DNA from: Trueperaceae bacterium
Lineage (GTDB): Bacteria; Deinococcota; Deinococci; Deinococcales; Trueperaceae
Length of the DNA stretch: 64,000 bases
Direction: 5' to 3'
Assembly (NCBI GenBank): GCA_965214405.1
Contig: OZ243956.1
Location: forward strand, 1,824,001-1,888,000
Within the stretch, counting starts at the first letter, position 1. Each line of letters starts with the position of its first letter. The position numbers were made by a program, and so were the translations under genes. This document shows, piece after piece, positions 12,787 through 20,685 of this stretch. Under the pieces are notes generated by a model. The model was not told where the DNA came from. It ran no database searches and saw only the letters and a program-made list of their open reading frames with translations.

Positions 12787-12815
12787 AGTATACGAGAGGG
12801 TGCGCGGGGTGTCAA
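12787..12815 (-). promoter_or_regulatory. Promoter of the ilv-leu operon
   Basis: TTGACA-17 nt-TATACT, 8 nt before the leader-peptide ATG. Confidence 0.85.
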
Positions 12816-12991
12816 GCCGCTCGAGCCCGCGAGCCCGCCAACAACTACGCTCGACTCAGCAACCTCTTCACATCTTCACAAGACTTACAACCTCTTGACA
12901 TTCGTACGTTAGCTTGCGCGTGAGGTTTTTTACAAATAGGGTCCGGTCGGGGGAGGCTCGAGCGGGCACACTCAACCTCGGAGGAGAAACT

Positions 12992-15130
12992 ATGCTGACG
13001 GAAAGATTGATAAGGCGCTTTGGTCTCATTGCGCTGAGCTGCACCCTGGGAGCGGGTATCAGCTTGGCCCAAACGGGCGGCGCTCAAACGGGCGGTATTA
13101 CGGGCGGCGCAACAGGCGGCAGCCCCGCCATGTCACAGACCAGCGACCCCTACTACGCGCAGGGGCAGCAGACCTTGCAGCAGATGTTGGAGATTCAGCC
13201 CAACACCAACGAGGCAAGAAACATCATCATCTTTATCGCGGACGGCGCGGGTCCCACGACGGTCACCGCGACGCGCATTTTGGCGGGGCAAATCAAGGGG
13301 ATGCAGGGCGAAGAGAACATCCTGCCTTACGACACTTTCCCGAACGTCGCGCTTATCAAGACCTACAACACCAACGCGCAGGTGGCTGATTCGGCGGGGA
13401 CCGCGACCGCCTGGAGCACGGGCATCAAGACCAAGCAGGGCGTGCTGAGCGTTGGCCCGGACACGCTGCGCGGCGACTGCATCTCGGCGCAGGCGAACCG
13501 CCTCACCACGCTTTTCGAGCTTGCCGAAACCGCGGGCATGGCGACGGGCACGGTGAGCACGGCGCGCATCACCCACGCGACGCCCGCCGCGAACTACGCG
13601 CACTCCGCCGACCGCAATTGGGAGGACGACAGCGCCCTCTCCGAATCGGCCCAGGTGTATAACGCGGCGCTGCAATTGGCTTCTGAAGTCTACGGCATCG
13701 ACACGTCGGGGCTCGAGTGCGTTGACATCGCCCGGCAGCTTATCGAGTTTCCTTATGGCGACGGTTTAGACGTCGCGCTGGGGGGCGGTCGCCGCCACTT
13801 TTTACCCGAGACGGCCACCGACCCCGAAGACGCGGAGGGAACGGGCAGCCGCACCGACGAGCGCGACCTCACCCAGGCGTGGGTGGACGGGCGCGACGGC
13901 GCGGTCTACATCTGGAATCAGGAGGGGTTCGACGCGATTGACCCCGCCACAACGGGTCCGGTGCTGGGCCTCTTTAACGCGTCGCATATGGAATACGAAG
14001 CGGACCGCGCCGAAGACGTGGGCGGCGAGCCTTCTTTGAGCGAGATGGTCTCAAAAGCCATCGACATCTTGTCTCAAAACGAACAGGGTTACATTCTTCA
14101 AGTCGAGTCGGGCCGCGTGGACCACGCCTCGCACGGCACCAACGCTTTTCGCACGCTCACCGACAACATCGAGTTTGGCAACGCGGTCCAGACCGCGCTC
14201 GACAAGGTAAATTTAGACGACACGCTCATCATCGTGACCGCCGACCACGCGCACACGATGGACATGGCGGGCTATCCGCAGCGCGGCAACCCAATTTTGG
14301 GTCTTGTCAAGGGACTCGACGACCAGGGCTTGCCTGTCGACGAACTCACCCTCGCGGCGGACGAGAAACCCTACACCACGCTCGGCTACCTCAACGGCCC
14401 CGGCGCGTTTATCGGCGAGCGTCCCGATCTAACGGGTGTCGACACCGAGGCCAAGGATTTCTTCCAGCAAGCGGCCATCCCGCTTAGCAGCGAGACGCAC
14501 GACGGCACAGACATCGCGGCCTACGCGATTGGCCCGCGCGCGTACTTGGTGCGCGGCACCGCCGAACAAAATTACCTCTTTCACGTGATGAACTACGCGC
14601 TCGGCGATTTGGCGGCGCAGGCGGGCGCGGACTCGAGCCCCCAAACCGAAGCCCCCACCATCAGCGGCGGGATGACCGACCTTTCAAATATCAGCGACAC
14701 CTTCTCGAGCGCGACCGGCGGCGGCATGACCGGCGGTGATATGACGGGCGGTGACATGACCGGTGGGACGACGGGCGGCGAAGCGATTGACGCGCCCTCG
14801 GGCGACTCGACCGCCGTCGAACCGAACGTCGAGGGAACGATTGCGGTGCTCGAGGGCGGCCTAGTCAACATCCCCGTGGAAGCCGCGATTGCCAACATCG
14901 AGGGCTGGAAGCAGCGCCTGATTAGCTTGGACGACCCCGACCTGACGCCGGTGGTAACGACGCTCGAGGCGCTCGCCGGAACCCTCCAGAGCGGCAGCGG
15001 CGACGCGGCGGGCCTCGTGGCTCAGCTCGGTCAGCAGACCAGCGAAGTGGCGCAGGGCTTAGAGTTCGCCCCCCAGCGGGACATGCTCACGCGCCTCGCC
15101 GAACTGCTCTCGCAAGCGGGCAGCAACTAA
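12992..15130 (+). CDS. Secreted alkaline phosphatase (PhoA family) with xTGG linkers and an extra C-terminal helical domain
   Basis: Signal peptide; IIFIADG, VADSAGTATA (catalytic Ser), ITHATPA, VESGRVDHASH, TADHAH, ETHDGTD. Start moved to the ATG at 12992 after SD GGAGGAG. Confidence 0.92.
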   Translation: MLTERLIRRFGLIALSCTLGAGISLAQTGGAQTGGITGGATGGSPAMSQTSDPYYAQGQQTLQQMLEIQPNTNEARNIIIFIADGAGPTTVTATRILAGQIKGMQGEENILPYDTFPNVALIKTYNTNAQVADSAGTATAWSTGIKTKQGVLSVGPDTLRGDCISAQANRLTTLFELAETAGMATGTVSTARITHATPAANYAHSADRNWEDDSALSESAQVYNAALQLASEVYGIDTSGLECVDIARQLIEFPYGDGLDVALGGGRRHFLPETATDPEDAEGTGSRTDERDLTQAWVDGRDGAVYIWNQEGFDAIDPATTGPVLGLFNASHMEYEADRAEDVGGEPSLSEMVSKAIDILSQNEQGYILQVESGRVDHASHGTNAFRTLTDNIEFGNAVQTALDKVNLDDTLIIVTADHAHTMDMAGYPQRGNPILGLVKGLDDQGLPVDELTLAADEKPYTTLGYLNGPGAFIGERPDLTGVDTEAKDFFQQAAIPLSSETHDGTDIAAYAIGPRAYLVRGTAEQNYLFHVMNYALGDLAAQAGADSSPQTEAPTISGGMTDLSNISDTFSSATGGGMTGGDMTGGDMTGGTTGGEAIDAPSGDSTAVEPNVEGTIAVLEGGLVNIPVEAAIANIEGWKQRLISLDDPDLTPVVTTLEALAGTLQSGSGDAAGLVAQLGQQTSEVAQGLEFAPQRDMLTRLAELLSQAGSN

Positions 15131-15159
15131 GAAGTAGCCACTCGGCGAAGTAGCTTTAG

Positions 15160-15190
15160 AACCTGGGAGCCTTTGCGCTCTCAGGTTTTT
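15160..15190 (+). terminator. Intrinsic terminator after the phosphatase
   Basis: AACCTGGGAGC-N6-GCTCTCAGGTT followed by a T tract. Confidence 0.7.
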
Positions 15191-15265
15191 GCTGTCGTCC
15201 GTCCCGAAGTGCCCATGACCAAACCCTTGCCCCGTTCCTCTATAGTAAAGCTCGAGGTGACTCCC

Positions 15266-15685
15266 ATGCTAAAAAGCCTGTTCACACTCTTGGCCCTAAC
15301 GTTTTCTCTTTCTCTCGCCCAACCCCAATTTACCTTTGGCGACCTCTACGCCGACGCGGCGACGTTAGAGTTTAGCAGCGCGTTGGAGGCGGCCTTGGGC
15401 CAGACCGTCACCATGCTCGGCTACGCCGCGCCGCCCCTAAAACCGGGCGCGGACTTTTTCGTCTTGACCAAATACCCGATGGCGGTCTGCCCCTTTTGCG
15501 AGACCGAGGCCGAGTGGCCGCCCGACATCGTCTACGTCAAACTGCCCAAAAACGGCACCGACACCATCATCTTCGGCGCGCTCAAGGTGACGGGCACCCT
15601 AGAACTCGGCACGGCCAAAGACCCCGACACGGGCTTCGTCTCAAAAATCCGCATCCAGGCCAACAAGGTCGAGCGTGCAGGTTAG
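15266..15685 (+). CDS. Secreted CPFC-motif protein (DUF3299-like)
   Basis: Signal peptide MLKSLFTLLAL...SLAQ; G..V.M.GY.APP, FFVLTKYPMAVCPFC, V.G.L; overlaps the downstream ABC ATPase start. Confidence 0.6.
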   Translation: MLKSLFTLLALTFSLSLAQPQFTFGDLYADAATLEFSSALEAALGQTVTMLGYAAPPLKPGADFFVLTKYPMAVCPFCETEAEWPPDIVYVKLPKNGTDTIIFGALKVTGTLELGTAKDPDTGFVSKIRIQANKVERAG

Positions 15686-16361
15686 CGCCGAACGCCGCGC
15701 CGAAGAGCAAAACGAGCCCAGTATAAGAGTGAGGGCGCGGGGTTTAGAGGTCCGCTACGCGGAGGACGCCCATATCACGCTGCCCGACCTGACGCTTGGG
15801 GCGGGGGAAGAACTCGCGCTGGTGGGTCCCAGCGGTTCGGGCAAGACGACGCTGCTTCACGTGTTAACCGGACTTCTCAGACCCACCAAGGGCGAGGTTG
15901 AGATTGCGGGCGAGGTGCTTACCACCATGCCGCAAGGACGCTTGGAACGCTTTCGCGCTCGGCACATCGGCCTAGTTTTTCAAGACTTGCACCTCATCGA
16001 CGGCTACACCGCCCTGGAAAACGTCGTCGTGGCGCTCGCCGCCGCGGGGGTTCCCATCGGCGAAGCGAACGGGCGGGCGCGTCACCTGCTGGGCGACTTG
16101 GGGCTCAGTCACCGCCTCAACCACCTCCCCAAGCGCCTCTCGACGGGCGAGCGGCAGCGCGTGGCGATTGCCAGAGCGACGGCGGCGAACCCCGTGGTGC
16201 TCTTGGCCGACGAACCCACCGCCAACTTGGACCGCGCGCGGGGCGAGGGAGCGCTCGAGCTTTTACGCGACGTGGCGCGTCGCGCCGACGCCGCGCTGAT
16301 TGTGTCGACGCATGACTCGGCGGTGAAAGCAACGTTTGATGAGACAGTCGAGCTTGCCTAG
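15675..16361 (+). CDS. ABC transporter ATP-binding protein (LolD/MacB-like)
   Basis: GPSGSGKTT, LSTGERQRVAIARA, LLADEPTANLD, STHD. Confidence 0.93.
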   Translation: MQVSAERRAEEQNEPSIRVRARGLEVRYAEDAHITLPDLTLGAGEELALVGPSGSGKTTLLHVLTGLLRPTKGEVEIAGEVLTTMPQGRLERFRARHIGLVFQDLHLIDGYTALENVVVALAAAGVPIGEANGRARHLLGDLGLSHRLNHLPKRLSTGERQRVAIARATAANPVVLLADEPTANLDRARGEGALELLRDVARRADAALIVSTHDSAVKATFDETVELA

Positions 16362-16395
16362 CGCTTTGGTGGTACCTTGTTATTTGAGGGATAGG

Positions 16396-16617
16396 GTGAG
16401 CCGTTCAATTATCAACCGAGACCCAGACATCCTTGGGGGAACACCTGTTTTTATGGGGACGCGCGTGCCCTTAAAGGCGCTATTTGACTACCTCGAAGCG
16501 GGCGACAGCTTGAACGAATTTTTAGATGACTTCCCAAGTGTAAAAAGGGAGCAGGCGCTTGGGCTGCTCGAGCTGGCGCGTCTTTATGTAGCGGGCGCGG
16601 ATGAAGCTGCTGCTTGA
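16396..16617 (+). CDS. DUF433 family antitoxin
   Basis: IINRDPDILGGTPVFMGTRVP...LFDYLEAGDSLNEFLDDFPSV; GTG start at 16396. Confidence 0.88.
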   Translation: MSRSIINRDPDILGGTPVFMGTRVPLKALFDYLEAGDSLNEFLDDFPSVKREQALGLLELARLYVAGADEAAA

Positions 16618-16654
16618 CGAGCAGATGCCGAGGAAGATTTATGTTCTCCATTAA
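16601..16654 (+). pseudogene. Truncated DUF5615/PIN toxin stub (17 aa)
   Basis: MKLLLDEQMPRKIYVLH* overlaps the DUF433 3' end. MKLLLDE.MP is the typical N-terminus of the PIN partner of DUF433. Confidence 0.7.
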
Positions 16655-17015
16655 CTTTGAGAAAGCCAAATATATACTGCTCAGTTCGGCGATGGAGGAT
16701 TACACCGGGCTCTATGAAGCAGTATGGGAATTGAACGGCATTTTTCCCGGTAGCTCTCTGAGTGAGAAATACAGGGTGGCTGAATCCGTCATTGAAGAGT
16801 TTTTTGTAAAAGGTTATATAGAGTTCCATAAATGGGTGTTTACCAGCGACTATAAAGACTATTCTGTTGAACCCCTTACCCTCAGCGACATAAGTGAACT
16901 ACTCAGAGACCCAACGGCTTGGTACCCTGACTACAACCACGTACGCATTGTTTTTAGCTCCACGGAGCTTGGTGAACAAGCCTATTTTTCTGGTGCAGTA
17001 CCTCTTGTTGAGTAA
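16641..17015 (+). CDS. Hypothetical protein, AT-rich
   Basis: 124-codon ORF with clearly lower GC than its flanks; family not recognised. Confidence 0.6.
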   Translation: MFSINFEKAKYILLSSAMEDYTGLYEAVWELNGIFPGSSLSEKYRVAESVIEEFFVKGYIEFHKWVFTSDYKDYSVEPLTLSDISELLRDPTAWYPDYNHVRIVFSSTELGEQAYFSGAVPLVE

Positions 17016-17137
17016 TGAGTCATAAGTCTGGCAGTACAACTCACGCATCCTCGAGTGAAGAAAACGCCCTTCATGCTCGACCATTACTGACTTCTCTTCT
17101 GACGCCCCACTGACACAGAAACGTTACTTTTTAGCTT

Positions 17138-18856
17138 ATGCCCCGCCCCGCCACCGGCCCCAAGCGCCTGCGCCTCACCCTCTGGGTCCTCGTCCGCTCC
17201 CTGCGAATGCGCCTCTTCGCCAACCTGCTCACCGTCGTCGCGGTGCTCTTGGGCGTCGGTTTGGCGCTCGTGGTGCCCTTGAGCCTCCGCGCGTTTCAGC
17301 AAGGCGCGACCGAGGCGGCGCAGATTTTTGACCTCCTGGTGACGGCGGAGGGCTCGCAGACGCAGGCGGTGCTGAGCACGATTTATTACCAAGACGTGCC
17401 CGTGGGCAACATCCCTTACCGCGTTTACGCCGCTTTGCGGGATGACCCGCGCACCGCGCGCGCGGTGCCGCTGGGTTTTGGTGACAATCTTCAGGGCTAT
17501 CCGCTCGTCGGCACGACGCCCGCCTATTTTGATTTGCGCAACGGGCCGCAAGCGCCGCCCTACTATAGCCTCGAGCAAGGGGCGGTCTTTTCCGGGGCGT
17601 ACGGGGCGGTTTTAGGCGCGGGGGTGGCGCGGGAGCTGGGGCTAAGGCTGGGCGACACGTTTCAAACGGCGCACGGGTTTATAGAGACGTTCGAGCCCAC
17701 TATGCACGCGGACGACTACCGCGTCGTCGGCATTCTGAAGCCCACGGGCGGACCCTCGGACCGCGCGGTGTATACTGCCCTCGAGTCCATTTGGGACTCG
17801 CACGGACAGTTTTCACCCGAGGAGGGCAGCGTCGACGCGGAGCACGCTTGCCTTCACATGACGGGCGGTTCTGGAGAAGCGCGGGCTGCGGGGCGTGAGG
17901 ACGCGGCTTTGAGCACGTTGGCTGGAGTTGACGAAACGCACACCCGTTACGAGATAAGTCTCTCCCAAGGGGCGGGCGCAGCGTGGGGCGGGCGGTTGCG
18001 CTTCACGGCCAAGGAAGCGGCGGATTATGCCTTTTTTGCCGACCAGAGCGTCGTCCTCGGCCTTTCGGGCGAGAAGGGCGCGGCAAATCCCGAACTCGTG
18101 GCCGGGGAAGACGATATCGAGGGTTGCTTGGACATTTTTTCGGCCCACGTTTTTCACCTAGACCCAGGCGATTACCTTCTCCAGCTCAACGCGGCGGAGC
18201 GGGAAACGCTCCGTCTGGTTGTTGAGGAGGTGGGACACGAGCACGCGGGTGAGGCCGCAGGCGAAGCCAATGCCATCCCGCTCGAGTCCCTCGCTTCGAC
18301 GCCCCCCAGCGAGGACGACACGCGGGAGGTCACGGCGGTGCTCTACGCCAGCGATGACATTTCCGCGCTCTACCGGGTAGCGGGAACCTTAGACGAGCTT
18401 CCGGGCGTGCAGGCGGTGTTTCCGGGGGGCGTCATCAACGGCCTGCTCAACTTACTCGGGCAGGGCAGGCAGACGTACGGGCTCTTAGCCAACATCATCT
18501 TGGCCTTGGGCGGCATTACAGTGGCGCTCAACGCGTATGCGAACGCGGCGCAGGCGCAGAAGAGTCTGGCGGTCCTGCGGGCGGTGGGGGTGCCGTGGGG
18601 CGTGGTGGCGGGGAGCGTGCTGCTCGAGGCCGCGCTACTGAGTTTTATCGGCATCCTTTTGGGCGTGGTGGCCGCCTACCTCGGGGTCGCCCTGGTGAGC
18701 CGAATCGTCGAGGCGCGCGCCAGCCTCACGCTGTCCACGCCCGACTTGAGCCGCGCCGACTGGTGGCGCGGCCTCGTCCTCTTGCCGGTGGCGGTGCTTT
18801 TCGCGCTTCTGCCCGCGTTAAGAGCGGCGCGGCGGAGCCCGCTCGAGCGGCTTTAG
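17138..18856 (+). CDS. ABC transporter permease (FtsX/MacB-like) with a His/Cys-containing periplasmic insert
   Basis: N-terminal TM helix, AVPLGFGDN..GYP.VGT, VVGILKPTG...DRA, C-terminal LAVLRAVG plus three TM helices. Confidence 0.88.
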   Translation: MPRPATGPKRLRLTLWVLVRSLRMRLFANLLTVVAVLLGVGLALVVPLSLRAFQQGATEAAQIFDLLVTAEGSQTQAVLSTIYYQDVPVGNIPYRVYAALRDDPRTARAVPLGFGDNLQGYPLVGTTPAYFDLRNGPQAPPYYSLEQGAVFSGAYGAVLGAGVARELGLRLGDTFQTAHGFIETFEPTMHADDYRVVGILKPTGGPSDRAVYTALESIWDSHGQFSPEEGSVDAEHACLHMTGGSGEARAAGREDAALSTLAGVDETHTRYEISLSQGAGAAWGGRLRFTAKEAADYAFFADQSVVLGLSGEKGAANPELVAGEDDIEGCLDIFSAHVFHLDPGDYLLQLNAAERETLRLVVEEVGHEHAGEAAGEANAIPLESLASTPPSEDDTREVTAVLYASDDISALYRVAGTLDELPGVQAVFPGGVINGLLNLLGQGRQTYGLLANIILALGGITVALNAYANAAQAQKSLAVLRAVGVPWGVVAGSVLLEAALLSFIGILLGVVAAYLGVALVSRIVEARASLTLSTPDLSRADWWRGLVLLPVAVLFALLPALRAARRSPLERL

Positions 18857-19435
18857 GGAAGTTTCAATTTGAACATATAAGGCTCGAGGCACTAAGCCAT
18901 TCTCTCAACCAAAACCGTGAAACTTACGCAAGCGTATTTTCCGGAATGATTAGGGCGAGCTTAGGGAATGCAAAAGGGTAACAAAAGGGCATTCTGTATT
19001 TTTATCCCTCTCAACAAATTTTCTGTACCTCGAGACCCTTGCGTGAGCGTGTAAGAAACTTGTAAACGCGCGTAAGCGCCTCGTGACAGCCTCTCCTTTA
19101 AGCTTCTTTTAGGCGGGCACCCTGCATCACACTCTCCCACTCCCGCCTCTCTCCTTTAGCCGCACCCACCCCCGGACGCCCAAGCCGGGGGTGCCCTTTT
19201 TCTCATCGTCTCTCTCATCTTACTTCTCGCACCCCTCACCCCAACAAAAGAGTAGTATGAGAAGTGAGCTGTGGGGGAGCCTTTACTTTCTTCTTTTCCG
19301 CGCACATTCCTTTCCGATACCTTGTATGCTACAACCCGTGTGTAAGAAAGCGAAAGCGCACGACCGGGCACGGTGACCCTTTCATCAACGCCTTACAAAT
19401 ACGCAACAGGCGGCTTTCGCTTTAGGAGGTGCATC

Positions 19436-19756
19436 ATCGAAACATTACGTGTCTCGGGAAGTTCCCGGCCCAACTCGGTTGCGGGCGCGATTGCCGCGCT
19501 CTTAAGGAGCGAGAGCGAGGTTGAGGTTCAGGCCATCGGGCCGCAGGCGGTCAACCAGGCTGTCAAGGCAATTGCGATTGCCAGGAGTTATATCGAGGGA
19601 GACGGGTTGGACTTGTCCACGCAACCCGCGTTTGTCAAGCTGGAGCTTCAGAATGAAGAGCGCACCGCCGTGCGTTTTACCGTACGGTCCCAGGCGCTCG
19701 AGCCGGGCCACGATGAATACTACAGTGACGAGGACGATAACGAGGTTGATGATTAG
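19436..19756 (+). CDS. spoVS: Stage V sporulation protein S family protein
   Basis: ETLRVSGSSRPNSVAGAIAA...QAIGPQAVNQAVKAIAIAR...PAF...EERTA. Probable ATC start 5 nt after SD AGGAGGT. Confidence 0.92.
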   Translation: METLRVSGSSRPNSVAGAIAALLRSESEVEVQAIGPQAVNQAVKAIAIARSYIEGDGLDLSTQPAFVKLELQNEERTAVRFTVRSQALEPGHDEYYSDEDDNEVDD

Positions 19757-19824
19757 CACATGACCCACTTCTAAAGCGCGCATAAAGAAGGCGCGTTGTC
19801 CCCCCAACACCATTTCTCATAAAA

Positions 19825-19845
19825 CCTGAGTATACTTGAGTCAGA
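19825..19845. promoter_or_regulatory. Degenerate HAIR (HspR) operator candidate
   Basis: CCTGAGT-N7-AGTCAGA versus consensus CTTGAGT-N7-ACTCAAG, upstream of the zinc metallopeptidase. Confidence 0.45.
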
Positions 19846-19985
19846 TATGAAGCTTCCGATGTAGTGTTTAGTAAACCCTTCCGCTTCGGCGTTACACTTA
19901 CAGAAGAATGTGGGCGCGGAACATCGGCACTGCCGCGCGTACGTTAAACTAAATCAACTCACCTACGGAGGTTACAGGAGTCAAT

Positions 19986-20672
19986 ATGGGAATCTACGGG
20001 TACTACTTTATCGGCATCATCGCTTTTGTCGCCAGCATGGCGATTCAGAGCTGGCTCAAGGGCACCTACAACAAGTGGATGAAAGTCCGCAACACCTCGG
20101 GGCTAACCGGGGCGGAAACGGCGCGGGCGATCCTCGAGGCCAACGGCATCCACGACGTTAAGGTCGAGGCGGTCAAAGGAATGCTCTCGGACCACTACGA
20201 CCCGCGCACCAAGACGGTGAGGCTGTCCGAAGGCAACTACGGTCACGCCAACGTGTCGGGCATGGCCGTGGCCGCGCACGAGGTCGGGCACGCCATCCAA
20301 CACGCCAAGGCCTACGCGCCCTTGAAAATCAGGACGGCTATTCTGCCGGTTGCCAACCTCGGCTCGCAGTTCGGCCCGATGCTGGCGATTTTTGGCGTGA
20401 TTATCGGGATAGCCAGTTCGGCGGGCGCGCTGATGCTCAACATCGGCATCGCCCTCTTCGCCGCCGCCGTGCTCTTTCAACTCGTCACGCTGCCCGTCGA
20501 GTTCGACGCGAGCCGCCGCGCGCTGGTGCAACTCAACAAGCTCGAGCTGGCGACCTCGGCGGATTCGGGCGGGGCGCGCAAAGTCTTGACCGCCGCCGCG
20601 ATGACCTATGTGGCCGCCGCCGCGACCTCGATTGCTTACCTTCTTTACTTCATTGGCCTGAGCCGCGACTAA
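19986..20672 (+). CDS. Membrane neutral zinc metallopeptidase (YugP / Zn_peptidase_2 family)
   Basis: SGLTGAETAR, LSDHYDP, VAAHEVGHAIQH (HExxH), TLPVEFDASRRA, VLTAAAMTYVA. Confidence 0.93.
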   Translation: MGIYGYYFIGIIAFVASMAIQSWLKGTYNKWMKVRNTSGLTGAETARAILEANGIHDVKVEAVKGMLSDHYDPRTKTVRLSEGNYGHANVSGMAVAAHEVGHAIQHAKAYAPLKIRTAILPVANLGSQFGPMLAIFGVIIGIASSAGALMLNIGIALFAAAVLFQLVTLPVEFDASRRALVQLNKLELATSADSGGARKVLTAAAMTYVAAAATSIAYLLYFIGLSRD

Positions 20673-20685
20673 CGCTCGAGACGCC

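Noticed and set aside
12865..12900. TT(C/G)ACA-like direct repeats upstream of the phosphatase as a Pho box
   Set aside because: Spacings of about 8, 9 and 11 nt do not give a regular 11-bp period; suggestive only.
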